From a virus (Duplodnaviria; Caudoviricetes): a stretch of 36,443 nucleotides of DNA. Position 1 is the first letter of the stretch, and each line of letters begins with the position of its first letter. Location of the stretch: positions 1-36,443 of IMG/VR virus record IMGVR_UViG_3300030372_000414; one strand, 5' to 3'. Shown in pieces: positions 10,142 to 20,072 of this stretch. The notes beneath the pieces are model-generated. The model searched no databases. It saw only the letters and a program-made list of their open reading frames with translations, and was not told the origin of the DNA. The translations under genes were made by a program, and so were the position numbers.

Positions 10142-10422
10142 CATTTGATCCTAGAGTTACGGCTGAAGGTTACAAATGTGACCTAAGACGCTGGAGAAAC
10201 TTGCAGTTAATACATAATCCTTCTGAAAGACATAAAGCTGCTTTGCAGTTTTTAGCTAGGAATCAAAAGACTTGCCAGTATGGGCAGGTGGTGTACATAG
10301 ATAACACAATGCCTAGAATACTAGGTACAGCCCATACGAAAGAAACTGAGACACTAACATGGGGTTTATTAGAACCAAGAGCTATAGTAACACAAGCAGT
10401 TAAGCAGAAAAGAAATATATAA
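9991..10422 (+). CDS. -1 frame ORF, candidate frameshift extension of 9839 gene (ORF track calls only 10201-10422)
   Basis: Frame open from 9934 to TAA 10420-10422 with no ATG/GTG/TTG before 10201; in-phase A AAA AAG at 9991-9997. Confidence 0.5.
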   Translation, partial: KKGSSQWTASGCQYNQTGSNRAVPQRTEGNSEQDKRTDSPACTGSVGEELTFDPRVTAEGYKCDLRRWRNLQLIHNPSERHKAALQFLARNQKTCQYGQVVYIDNTMPRILGTAHTKETETLTWGLLEPRAIVTQAVKQKRNI

Positions 10423-10685
10423 TGGAAATGCTAGTTTACGTACTGTTGATGCTAAAGGCCGGGGAGCCAACCGGCTTCCAAATTTATTTCCAGACCTTAA
10501 CTAGCTGCTCAGAGCATCGGCTAGCTATACTCCATCAGAGTGCTGCTAAGTATGCTTTTGTTCTCCCTAGGACAAACAGGTTTGATATGATATGTGAGCC
10601 TAGGCTAATAGATAAAGCAGATGCAGGAAGTAAAATTATATTTCACGATCTTGAAATGACGAAGGACGATAGTAACAGAGAATAA
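10422..10685 (+). CDS. Small hypothetical protein with hydrophobic N-terminus and two Cys
   Basis: TAATG coupling to the upstream stop. Confidence 0.6.
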   Translation: MEMLVYVLLMLKAGEPTGFQIYFQTLTSCSEHRLAILHQSAAKYAFVLPRTNRFDMICEPRLIDKADAGSKIIFHDLEMTKDDSNRE

Positions 10686-10687
10686 TT

Positions 10688-11836
10688 ATGTCAAATGGAA
10701 CATTCAATACAGACTACTCTAATTTACCAATACCTACTGGTTTGGGACTAGAAGTTCCTCCATTAGATCCTAGTCTTTTAGCTCCTACAGGTATTGATAC
10801 AAGCGGTGGTTTTTTAAACTTTCTAAGTAATTTAAACTTAGGAGACTTAGCTGCCACAGGTTTGTCAGCAGCAGCCTTAAATGATACTATGAGGCGTTTG
10901 TCTTCCGTGGGTGAAGCAGCAGCCTTAGGAGCACAAAACATAGGCAGACAAGCGCAAACAGACGCAGCGTTTCAGCCTTTTACAGTTACTACAGGTTTTG
11001 GTCAGGTAGGTGCTACTCCTCAGGGTGGTTTTACTACTACAATGTCTCCACAGCAGCAAGCTAGACAAGAAGCCCTTTCAGGAATCACAGGAGGCCTTCT
11101 AGGGCAGTATACTCCTAGGGGTATGGGGGGTAGGTCAGGTATAGAACAACAGGCCTTACAAGGCACTACAGGCGCTCTAACAGCCCTTGGTGCTCCCATG
11201 GCTACCAGAGAGGCTGATGTATTTGAACGTATAAGAGCAGTACAAAGACCTGAGGAAGAAAGACAAAGGCTAGCATTACAAGATCGATTACTTAGTCAGG
11301 GTAGACTAGGATTACAGACAGCAGCGTACGGTGGTTCTCCAGAGCAGTTTGCATTAGCACAGGCACAGGAAGAAGCTAAAAACAGAGCATCCTTAATGGC
11401 TTTGCAACAGGCAGGTGCGGAAAGACAGCAAGACTTAGCATCTGCACAGGGACTCTTTGATTTAAGCACTAGGGCTGCTACAGTTCCTAGTGCGCTAACG
11501 GCTGCTGACTTAAGTAACATACAGCAGTCCTTAGCACTAGAGACTGTACCTGAGCAAACCCTCTTGTCTACTTTACAGCCAGCAATAAACTTAGCAGGTA
11601 TAGCTGACCTAGGTAGAAGACAGGGTGCTGGATTCGCTGCTGAAGGTGGTATGTCTGGACTAGAGCTAGCTGTACAAACAGACCTAGCTAGAGCAGACTT
11701 ACTTAAACAACTTTACGGTGGACTGTTAAGTGGTGCTGGTAGTGCAGCAGGGTCACAAGGGTTGTTCTCAAGTTTATTTGATACCGATAGTACCTTAGGT
11801 GGTCTATTGAGTGGTATAAGTGGTCTTTTTACATAG
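10688..11836 (+). CDS. Putative internal virion (ejection) protein
   Basis: G/A/Q/L-rich, FQPFTVTTGFG motif, Gly-rich hydrophobic C-terminus; position after tail genes. Confidence 0.6.
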   Translation: MSNGTFNTDYSNLPIPTGLGLEVPPLDPSLLAPTGIDTSGGFLNFLSNLNLGDLAATGLSAAALNDTMRRLSSVGEAAALGAQNIGRQAQTDAAFQPFTVTTGFGQVGATPQGGFTTTMSPQQQARQEALSGITGGLLGQYTPRGMGGRSGIEQQALQGTTGALTALGAPMATREADVFERIRAVQRPEEERQRLALQDRLLSQGRLGLQTAAYGGSPEQFALAQAQEEAKNRASLMALQQAGAERQQDLASAQGLFDLSTRAATVPSALTAADLSNIQQSLALETVPEQTLLSTLQPAINLAGIADLGRRQGAGFAAEGGMSGLELAVQTDLARADLLKQLYGGLLSGAGSAAGSQGLFSSLFDTDSTLGGLLSGISGLFT

Positions 11837-11846
11837 GAGGTAGCTA

Positions 11847-13178
11847 GTGGCTAGCTTAAGATTTAGTCCAGAAACATTACGAGGCATTAGAAACTTTGGT
11901 GCTGATTTAGCTTCTCCCTCTGCACGAGCAGGAGGTATGCTAACTGGTGCTCCACAACAACAAAGCTTACCTAACATTTTTACTAGAAATCTAGGCACGT
12001 TGTTAGGTAGGGACATGAGGACACCTCAGGAGAAACTAGGTGCTTTAGTAGCTCAAGGAACACAAACACCTGAACAACGTATGGCTATAGCTGCTGAATT
12101 TGCTAAATATGACCCAATACGTGGAATGCAGTTAATGGAAGCTGAAAGAAAAACACAAAATCAGCTAGCTCTTGAAAAACAAGCAAGGGAAAGAACTCAA
12201 AGATTTAGAGAAAGTTTAATAGCTAGAAACGAAGCTATAGGTGGCAGCGAAGAAAGAGGTAACACAATTCTTGAAGCTACAGATCCTATGTTATTAGACA
12301 TTCGTAAAGAAATACTTGCTGAAGAACAAGCTGCTCTTGCTAAAAATGCCGGGTCAAAAGGTAGAATAGCAATAGGTAAACAAGCAGGTTTAACAGAAGA
12401 ACAAGTGAAAGAATTAAGTTCTCTTACTGACGATCAGTTTGGAGAAGTTATTTCAGGAGTTGAATCAACACCCAAAGCTTACAAAAATACAGAAACAGGA
12501 AGCACTGATATTTATAGAGTTAACCGTTTTAGTATGGTAGGAATAGAAAAACCAAACGGTGCTACTGAGTGGGAAGACCCTAAGAATCTTAAACTTGTAC
12601 CGGCTGTTCAGGAAACTAAAGACATTGGTAGAGCTAATGAATTAACAAAACAACTTGCTGCTCAAGGCACGAAAGATTTTGGGGCTGTTACGGAAGCTGC
12701 TAGACAAGCTTACAGAGCTTTAGACGTAAACGCTAGAAGACTCCAAATATTAGACGATAATCCTGATATAATTACAGGAGGTAAATTATCTCAGTTAACT
12801 GTAGATACTTTAATAACTTTAGGTGCTAGTTTAGGAGTAGAAATACCTGCAACAGCTTCAGCAGGAGAAGCACAACGGCTTATGGCTTTAGGTGTAGAAG
12901 CTGTGGGTCAAACAATTAAAGCGTTTGGTGCTGGAACAGGTTTGTCTGACGCTGACAGAGAGTTTGCTAAAATTGGAGCAGGTGCTACATTAGACCTTAC
13001 AGCAGCAAACATAAGAGAAATGGTTGAACTAGCTAATCAAGCAGCAGAGGACGCTATTAACCTACATCAAGGAATATTGGATACTCTTCGAGAAGAAAAC
13101 GCATCAGAGGCTTCTTTAGCTCTTTTCAGAGCAGCACCTTCAATGCCAACTGACTTATCACAATACTATAGTCAATAA
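11847..13178 (+). CDS. Putative internal virion (ejection) protein
   Basis: Helical protein with FGAGTGLSDADREFA motif; SD AGGAGG. Confidence 0.55.
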   Translation: MASLRFSPETLRGIRNFGADLASPSARAGGMLTGAPQQQSLPNIFTRNLGTLLGRDMRTPQEKLGALVAQGTQTPEQRMAIAAEFAKYDPIRGMQLMEAERKTQNQLALEKQARERTQRFRESLIARNEAIGGSEERGNTILEATDPMLLDIRKEILAEEQAALAKNAGSKGRIAIGKQAGLTEEQVKELSSLTDDQFGEVISGVESTPKAYKNTETGSTDIYRVNRFSMVGIEKPNGATEWEDPKNLKLVPAVQETKDIGRANELTKQLAAQGTKDFGAVTEAARQAYRALDVNARRLQILDDNPDIITGGKLSQLTVDTLITLGASLGVEIPATASAGEAQRLMALGVEAVGQTIKAFGAGTGLSDADREFAKIGAGATLDLTAANIREMVELANQAAEDAINLHQGILDTLREENASEASLALFRAAPSMPTDLSQYYSQ

Positions 13179-13179
13179 T

Positions 13180-14835
13180 ATGCCTACATTAGAAGAACAT
13201 CAAAAAGCTTACGAAAACGCCTTGGCTGATGGGAATACTTTAGCAGCTGTTAAAATAAAGAATATTTATGAGAATCAGCTTAAAGCTCAACGCCAACAGG
13301 TTTCGAGTAAAGAAAAAGTAGAGTTTAAGGAAGACTCAGGTAAACCTGAAGCATCTTTTTTTGATAGGTCTTTAACGACTTTTGAAAAAAGACAGCAAAG
13401 TATTGAAGATACTTTTAGTAGACCCAGTTTTGATTTAATGAACACGCCTGAAGGTTTAACTTTATCTGAAAGAGCTGTTAGGACGGCAGGGGATATTGCT
13501 GGAGGTTTTGGAGAAATAGCTGGAGATGCCATCTTAACAGGACTATCTGAAATTACTCCTGATTTTGTTTTAGAAGGCGTTGAGGATGCTTTTAAATACA
13601 TAGCCAACACAGAAGTAGGTAGAGAGGGTTTAAGATTAGCTACTTTATCCGCAGACCAGTATAAAGAATGGGCTTCAGAAAATAGAGATCAAGCAAAACT
13701 TCTTGAGTCTTATTTCAACATAGGTGCTTTAATAACTCCTGCTACTAAAGTAAAACCAACTATTTTAAAAGTAGGGGATACTTTAGAAGAAACAGGAGGA
13801 AATCTTGTAAAGAAAGGAAGAGAAGGAATTAGAGGAGACAGACGAGAAGCGATTACTGCAATGTTAGAGCCTGAGTCTACTGCTAAAGTTACTGGAGAAG
13901 ATTACGAAATAGGGCGTTTTCAAAAAATAACATATAATCCTAAAAGCCGTTACACTCAAGAAAATATAGATATTCTTACGGATGGAGATATTATAGATCC
14001 TAAAAAAACGTACACTGCAAACTCTAACAAACTTTATGAAGCTGCTGGAACAGAGGGTGATTCTTTAAGAAGAAAACTACAAGCAGAAAACGTAACTATA
14101 AATAAAAACGCAGTTATAAAAGAAATAAACGAAAAAGCTCAAGTTTATTTAGATCAAAATAGAAGTTTAGTTGATACAACTATTTTAAACAATGCAAATA
14201 AAATTTTTGCTGAAGCGGTTAGACAGATAAAAGAAGGTGATGGTAGTTTATTAAGTTTTTTAAAAGCAAGACAGGCGGTAGATGATTTTGTAACTAGCGC
14301 AGGTAAGAAAGTAAATTTTGAAACTTCTAATACTCTTTCGGATGCGTCTAGAGCTGTCAGAACTACCATGAACGAAATTTTAGAAAGAGAAGCTAAAAAC
14401 ACAGAAGTTTCAAGAAGTTTACGAAAACAGTCTGCATATCTAAACGCTGCTGAAATTTTAAATACTAAAATGAGTAAAGATGCTCGTAGTGTGCTTTCTA
14501 GACACGCTAAATCCGTAGGGCGATATCTACCTAAAACTCCTTTAGCTTTAGCAGCAACAGCCCAGATAGGAGCAGGGTTATTATTTTCTACTGCACTTTG
14601 GCCTCTTTTAGCGACAGGAGTAGTTACTAGTTTAGTAATATTTAAAGGAGGCAAACTTGTTTTATCCCCAAAATCTACTGAGTTACTAGGTAAAATAATT
14701 AAAGACACAGGAACAGCAATTAAAAAAGCTGATGAACTAGGACACTTAGATGTTGTGGAACAAATGAAAGCAGATAGATTAGTGTTAATTTCTTTACTGA
14801 ACGAAGCTCCTAAAGAGAAAGAAGAAAAAGAGTGA
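13180..14835 (+). CDS. Putative internal virion (ejection) protein
   Basis: Helical, hydrophobic segment near C-terminus; N-terminal AYENALADGNTLAAVKI motif. Confidence 0.55.
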   Translation: MPTLEEHQKAYENALADGNTLAAVKIKNIYENQLKAQRQQVSSKEKVEFKEDSGKPEASFFDRSLTTFEKRQQSIEDTFSRPSFDLMNTPEGLTLSERAVRTAGDIAGGFGEIAGDAILTGLSEITPDFVLEGVEDAFKYIANTEVGREGLRLATLSADQYKEWASENRDQAKLLESYFNIGALITPATKVKPTILKVGDTLEETGGNLVKKGREGIRGDRREAITAMLEPESTAKVTGEDYEIGRFQKITYNPKSRYTQENIDILTDGDIIDPKKTYTANSNKLYEAAGTEGDSLRRKLQAENVTINKNAVIKEINEKAQVYLDQNRSLVDTTILNNANKIFAEAVRQIKEGDGSLLSFLKARQAVDDFVTSAGKKVNFETSNTLSDASRAVRTTMNEILEREAKNTEVSRSLRKQSAYLNAAEILNTKMSKDARSVLSRHAKSVGRYLPKTPLALAATAQIGAGLLFSTALWPLLATGVVTSLVIFKGGKLVLSPKSTELLGKIIKDTGTAIKKADELGHLDVVEQMKADRLVLISLLNEAPKEKEEKE

Positions 14836-16580
14836 GTTTTTTTCAAGATACCGAATGGTATAAAGATCGTATGGAAACCCAGCGTAGATTCGAGGCTGGG
14901 GAGATAAGCGATACTAGGAGGGGTCTACTTAACGTAGCAGGTTCGGTAGAGGCTTTATATACACCTGTCGAACTGGCAATGCAGGGTATGTTTGGGATGC
15001 TCCCAGACAAAGCACAAGACGTTATAAGAGAAACTGCTTCTGAAGCTGGAGACTACATAGCCAGCACAGATTTATTCCAAAGTGCAGCACAGCTAGCAGC
15101 TGAAAACCCAAATGCAGCTGAAGTGCTAGGAGCCTTAGGGACAATAACAAGTGTTCTTCCCGGTTTCCAAGTCCTTAAAAAAGCAACAGACCCTTCTACT
15201 TTACAGCGTATTGTAGAGAACGCCCCTAATGAACTACCTACGTTTTACAAAGGTGGACCTTTGGGTGCAGCAATGGAGATGGCAGCAGCGGTTCCCGGAA
15301 CAATAAAAAGGGCTGCAAAAGAGGCTGTGTCTCCTAGGGCTAGGGCATCTGCCAGAGCAGGTGTAAACCAAAGGCTAAGAGATGTCGTACAAAAAAACGA
15401 TGAAATATCTGAGTTGTATGCTAAAAAAGCTTCAGGAGATACTCTTACAAAAACAGAGCAAGCTAAAATAAAATTTTTAGAAGCTAGGCATCAAGCAGAC
15501 TTAGAAAAGATAGCGAAGACTAGAGGTAGTTTCCTCGAAGGACAACTAGAGCAAAGCTCTTTGTTTCAAATACAAAAAACAGGAGAGATTCCTGACGCAC
15601 TAAAAACTTTTCACTCTAATTACTCTTTCTCTGATTTTGGTAAACTAGACAAAAACACCATGGAAATAGGCTTTGCTAACAGGCCTGATGTTGCATGGGT
15701 AGGCGAAGGCACTAAAAATCTTATAATGGGTAAGATTAAGGAAGTATACAAAGCTAAAAACCCAGATGACTTCCAGTTTGTAATAAAGAAAAACAACGCT
15801 TTTACCGATCTTACTCAGGAAGCCAGAATGAAAACTGCTTCTACCACAGGTAAGCTAATGTTTAAGGCTAAACAAGAGTTAGCCAAAGTTATGCCTGATA
15901 AAAAAGAGTTTAGGTCTGTAGAGGAGCTAAAAGATTTTGTGGCTTTACGCTTTGTAAAAGATAGAGACAGAATCAACAAATATCTAACGTACAATAAAAA
16001 ATTAAAGAAAGGCGAAAAGCTTACTAAGTCTCAACTAAAGGTATTCAAAGAAGTTACGGAGACGATCAAAGAAAACAGGGATAAGGTTGCATTCGTAGAT
16101 AAGAAAACAGGGCAAATAGGAGTAACCAGCAGTCACGTATCACAGGCTAAGGCTGCTGGTGGAGTCATGGACATTTTTGTGTTCGATACTAAAGGTAACG
16201 TAATGCACAGCATGACTGATAAGAACGACTTAGCTGCTATACCCAAAACAGATATAGAGCTAGAGTTTCCTAAGGGTAAGAAAATGATTACCATGACAGA
16301 GCCGTACACCTACAATCTGTTTGGTAAACAAATGCCTAAAGCTGACTATAAGCCTGACCCAATAGCAATGAGACAAGGAATCCAAGAAAAGACAGGCGTT
16401 CCTTTCCAGCTGAGTGGGCCGGGGAGGGCTAAACAAGACTTACTGAGGCAGGTATCAAGAGGTATCAGAGCTTTCCGGCCTGAGCCGACTAGACAAGACT
16501 ATATCGACGCAGCTGCAGCGGTAGCAGCCCCCACTGGTTTATTAGCAGCAGGGGCTGTGGCTGCACAGGATGACTCCTAA
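14832..16580 (+). CDS. Large hypothetical protein, possibly internal virion protein
   Basis: 582-aa ORF, GTGA overlap with upstream gene; last gene of the structural arm. Confidence 0.55.
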   Translation: MSFFQDTEWYKDRMETQRRFEAGEISDTRRGLLNVAGSVEALYTPVELAMQGMFGMLPDKAQDVIRETASEAGDYIASTDLFQSAAQLAAENPNAAEVLGALGTITSVLPGFQVLKKATDPSTLQRIVENAPNELPTFYKGGPLGAAMEMAAAVPGTIKRAAKEAVSPRARASARAGVNQRLRDVVQKNDEISELYAKKASGDTLTKTEQAKIKFLEARHQADLEKIAKTRGSFLEGQLEQSSLFQIQKTGEIPDALKTFHSNYSFSDFGKLDKNTMEIGFANRPDVAWVGEGTKNLIMGKIKEVYKAKNPDDFQFVIKKNNAFTDLTQEARMKTASTTGKLMFKAKQELAKVMPDKKEFRSVEELKDFVALRFVKDRDRINKYLTYNKKLKKGEKLTKSQLKVFKEVTETIKENRDKVAFVDKKTGQIGVTSSHVSQAKAAGGVMDIFVFDTKGNVMHSMTDKNDLAAIPKTDIELEFPKGKKMITMTEPYTYNLFGKQMPKADYKPDPIAMRQGIQEKTGVPFQLSGPGRAKQDLLRQVSRGIRAFRPEPTRQDYIDAAAAVAAPTGLLAAGAVAAQDDS

Positions 16581-17551
16581 GCTGCTATCTCAGCAAACCC
16601 TACCTTACCTATATCCCCACGTAAACCGGCCTTCATATAGGCTGTGGCTCGTCCCTCGAAGAAGTTTTGATGCTCGACACCAAGCACTTCATCTAACCAC
16701 AATAATGGATTGTCTTTGACACCATAGTTAGGCTTCAGTCCTAGCTGTAGTAATCTCCTGTCGGCTATGTACCTGATGTACTTCAGCACCTCTTCCTTAG
16801 TCAGCCCTTCGATGTCACCCATCTCGAACACTAGGTCTAGGAATCTGTCCTCCAGCTCCACCATGTCCCTACAGGCCTGATAGATTTCCTTCTTGAAGTC
16901 ATCAGTCCATATCTCTATGTTCTCTTTGATAAACTCCCGGAATAGTTTTGTCATAGCTTCTACGTGTAGCGACTCGTCACGTATGCTATAGGTAATGATC
17001 TGGCCCATGCCTTTCATCTTACCAAACCTAGGGAAGTTCAGCAGCACAATAAAACTAGAGAATAACTGCAGCCCCTCAGTAAAACCAGAGTACACAGCCA
17101 GAGCCTTGGCTATAGACCGCTTGTCACCCTTGGTAACTTTTACATTGTCTATGTACTCGTGCTTGTCTGCCATGGCTTCGTACTCAGCAAAAGCTTTGTA
17201 TTCGATCTCTGGCATACCTACCGTGTCCAGAAGTAAACTGTAGGCGTGTTGGTGTATGCTTTCCATGTTGTTGAAAGCACCCATCATCATACGAGCCTCA
17301 GGCTTCTTGAAGATCCTCATGTATCGATCTACGTACCCTGAGCTTACGTCTACGTCAGACTGTGTAAACAACCTGAATATCTGCGTTAGTAGGTTTTTTT
17401 CGTTATCGTCTAACGACTGCCAATCTTTGACATCATTGTGCAAAGGCACGTCCTCAGGAAACCAGTGCATCTGATTCTGCTGAGAGTAGTAGTCAAACAT
17501 CCATGGGTAGTCAAATGGCTTGTAGTAATCTCTAGTCGCTAATAAACTCAC
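16577..17551 (-). CDS. nrdB: Class Ia ribonucleotide reductase beta subunit
   Basis: YKPFDYPW, HWFPED, FTQSDVDV, MESIHQHAY (radical Tyr), TEGLQLFSSF, RDESLH, NFFE. Confidence 0.96.
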   Translation of the reverse strand: MSLLATRDYYKPFDYPWMFDYYSQQNQMHWFPEDVPLHNDVKDWQSLDDNEKNLLTQIFRLFTQSDVDVSSGYVDRYMRIFKKPEARMMMGAFNNMESIHQHAYSLLLDTVGMPEIEYKAFAEYEAMADKHEYIDNVKVTKGDKRSIAKALAVYSGFTEGLQLFSSFIVLLNFPRFGKMKGMGQIITYSIRDESLHVEAMTKLFREFIKENIEIWTDDFKKEIYQACRDMVELEDRFLDLVFEMGDIEGLTKEEVLKYIRYIADRRLLQLGLKPNYGVKDNPLLWLDEVLGVEHQNFFEGRATAYMKAGLRGDIGKVGFAEIAA

Positions 17552-17735
17552 TAAGTGCCTCCAGCTTGTCTTTGTATTGTGCTATAATTTCTAGTTCTGT
17601 CTCTATTGTCCGCAGTAAGTCAGGATGTTCTGGGACACCTACGCTGTTGGACATCATTATTGAGACATTTACTTTGTGTCTATCTATCGATGCCTCGAAC
17701 GAGTTCTTCAATGCTTGTATAATGTTTTCCTGCAC
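17532..17735 (-). CDS. Small helical hypothetical phage protein
   Basis: NSVGVPEHPDL motif; overlaps neighbours in operon. Confidence 0.6.
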   Translation of the reverse strand: MQENIIQALKNSFEASIDRHKVNVSIMMSNSVGVPEHPDLLRTIETELEIIAQYKDKLEALSEFISD

Positions 17736-17934
17736 GTCTTTGTTCCTTCTCTTGTTTCTTGTAGTACGATATCCACTCTTCGTAAGTAGTCATTCTGTTC
17801 TCTTCCCATATGTAAAACCTACAGTCATATATGGGATGCCTAGGTAGCTGGGGGATAAAATGACCCTCCGAAGAGGGCCACTTTACACTAAGAATCTTAT
17901 CCAGCATACGCTCTATAAAACTCTTCTTAGCCAT
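17680..17934 (-). CDS. Hypothetical protein
   Basis: ORF in operon with SD-like GAGG upstream. Confidence 0.5.
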   Translation of the reverse strand: MAKKSFIERMLDKILSVKWPSSEGHFIPQLPRHPIYDCRFYIWEENRMTTYEEWISYYKKQEKEQRRAGKHYTSIEELVRGIDR

Positions 17935-18130
17935 AGTCTCTATAACCTCTCTTAAAAGCTAAAAGCTCTTTCTCTAAATGACGGTTATTGTCAACTATGG
18001 CACAGACTTGCCTAGTTCCTAGTTCCTGACACAGCACTAGCTGGTGGTCAGGTATTCCACGTAAGTTTGATGTGGTGCTTGTTGCACATCCAGTAGACAA
18101 ACAAAACAACATCAAAAATCCTACGCTCAT
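17927..18130 (-). CDS. Putative lipoprotein
   Basis: MSVGFLMLFCLSTG-C signal II/lipobox-like; start uncertain (track start 18184). Confidence 0.55.
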   Translation of the reverse strand: MSVGFLMLFCLSTGCATSTTSNLRGIPDHQLVLCQELGTRQVCAIVDNNRHLEKELLAFKRGYRDYG

Positions 18131-18173
18131 AAACGCACTCACTACTTTTACTTCTGCCCCTCCGGGGTCTTCT

Positions 18174-20069
18174 TTAGCCCTCACAGCTTATACACTCCTG
18201 TTCTTCTAAGTTTATTTTTGGAATTTTTACATTAACATTCTCTGAGTTCCTAGCAGCAGCAGACCGAAGATAATACATAGACTTTAGCTTGTTAGCACCA
18301 GCCCAATGAACACTGTTCACATAGTTCAAGTATTCATCGTGTACTTCCTGAGGCTCCTCCGACTTTGGTGGTACAAAGAAAAGGTTAACACTCTGGCTTT
18401 GGCAGATATACTTCTGCCTTTGGTGTGCATGATCCACCACCCACATTTGGTTTATCTCTGGGGCTGTTTTGAAGATTGCCTTCTCTTCTTCAGATAGTTC
18501 TTCAATGCCCTCAACAGAACCTTCAGCAGCTGAAATATCACGCCACGTCTTTTCATTGTTGAGATTTTTACTCTCCAGTAACTGTTCTAAATATTTGTTC
18601 TTTACCTTAAATGATCCCGAAAGAGTTTTGTGCGTGTATACGTTAGCCCTAGATGGCTCGATACTAGGACTTGTTCCACCACATATAATACTGCTGCTAG
18701 CATTAGGAGCAATAGCGAGAAGGTGGGAATTACGCAGACCAGTACCAAGCATATCAGGAGCTTCTCCACGTTTCTTACCCAAGTCCAAAGAAGCGAGAAA
18801 AGCTGCTTCCTTGATGTACTTGAATGCTCTGTTGTTGAAGCTTGCAGCATAAACGCTTTCGTAAGGTATATCGTTACGCTGTAGGTAGCTGTGAAAACCC
18901 ATCGCACCAATTCCAAGCGCACGTTCTCTAAACGCTGAATAAGCGGCTTTCGCAAACCCTTCTTGTTCTTTTTTGACATATGTTTTGAATTCCTCCAAAC
19001 TGTTAGGCATTAGAAAGTAAGGATCAGGGAGTTCGATAGCAGCATTGTCTATAAAATGTTGTATGATATTATCCAACATTATAACCAAGTCAGGTATAAA
19101 CGATGTGATCTGTCTCCATTCATCCATATACTCTAAATTTACACTGGACAAACAACATACAGCAGTACGCTCCTCGTCAGTGGCTAGTGTTATCTCTGAG
19201 CACAGGTTACTTTGATGTACCTTTAGGCCCATGTTTTTCTGTGTAGCAGGGAGAGACTCATTACACCTGTCTATGTTTACTATGTACGGTTCGCCTGTCT
19301 CCGCTCTGGTGTGGATCAAAGACCACCATAAATCCCTAGCAGATACAACTTTTATTGCTGCATTTGTCTTAGGGTCTATCAGTCTCCACTCTTCATCTTT
19401 TCTGACAGCCTCTAGGAAAGCGTCAGTTATGTTGATACCGTTGTGCAGGTTGAGACACTTGCGGTTCAAGTCGCCACCTGTGGTCTTACGCATGGCGATA
19501 AACTCTTCTACCTCAGGGTGAGATATGTCCATGTAGGCAGCGTAAGCTCCCCTTCTGGTTACACCCTGATTGAATGCTAGCATCTGGCTATCGACAACGT
19601 GCATGAAAGGTATGCTACCAGTTGACTGAGAGCCGTTAGAAGTAGCCACACCGTTACTCCTAACACTGCCCCAATAACCACCCAATCCTCCCCCGGATGA
19701 AGTAAGCCAGATATTTTCATCATAGTGAGAAGATAAGCCAACTCTGGAATCAGGAACAAAATTAAGAAAGCAAGAAATAGGTAGTCCACGAGTAGTCCCT
19801 CCATTACTCAGTATGGGAGTGCTAAACATAAACCAGAGATTACTAGAGTAGTCGTAAAGCCTCTGAGCTAGCTTGTAGTCCACTGTACCTTTATAGGTAG
19901 CTGCGTACACAGAAGCCCTAGCAAAAGCCTCCTGAGCGTGTGTCTCGTCGTTCCAGAGGTATCTGTCCTTCAAAGTGCTCAGGGAGAAATCATTTAGATA
20001 CTCCTCCCGGTCATAGTTTATGCTGATGCCCAAGTAATCTTGGACACCAGTTTTAGTTTCGCTTAACAC
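18174..20069 (-). CDS. nrdA: Class I ribonucleotide reductase alpha subunit, no obvious ATP cone
   Basis: PISCFL, SNLCSEI, VCCLSS, IAPNASSS, SMYY, C-terminal CISCEG. Confidence 0.96.
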   Translation of the reverse strand: MLSETKTGVQDYLGISINYDREEYLNDFSLSTLKDRYLWNDETHAQEAFARASVYAATYKGTVDYKLAQRLYDYSSNLWFMFSTPILSNGGTTRGLPISCFLNFVPDSRVGLSSHYDENIWLTSSGGGLGGYWGSVRSNGVATSNGSQSTGSIPFMHVVDSQMLAFNQGVTRRGAYAAYMDISHPEVEEFIAMRKTTGGDLNRKCLNLHNGINITDAFLEAVRKDEEWRLIDPKTNAAIKVVSARDLWWSLIHTRAETGEPYIVNIDRCNESLPATQKNMGLKVHQSNLCSEITLATDEERTAVCCLSSVNLEYMDEWRQITSFIPDLVIMLDNIIQHFIDNAAIELPDPYFLMPNSLEEFKTYVKKEQEGFAKAAYSAFRERALGIGAMGFHSYLQRNDIPYESVYAASFNNRAFKYIKEAAFLASLDLGKKRGEAPDMLGTGLRNSHLLAIAPNASSSIICGGTSPSIEPSRANVYTHKTLSGSFKVKNKYLEQLLESKNLNNEKTWRDISAAEGSVEGIEELSEEEKAIFKTAPEINQMWVVDHAHQRQKYICQSQSVNLFFVPPKSEEPQEVHDEYLNYVNSVHWAGANKLKSMYYLRSAAARNSENVNVKIPKINLEEQECISCEG

Positions 20070-20072
20070 TTG

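Noticed and set aside
14154-14846. 230-aa antisense ORF
   Set aside because: Opposite a long coherent plus-strand gene; no motif
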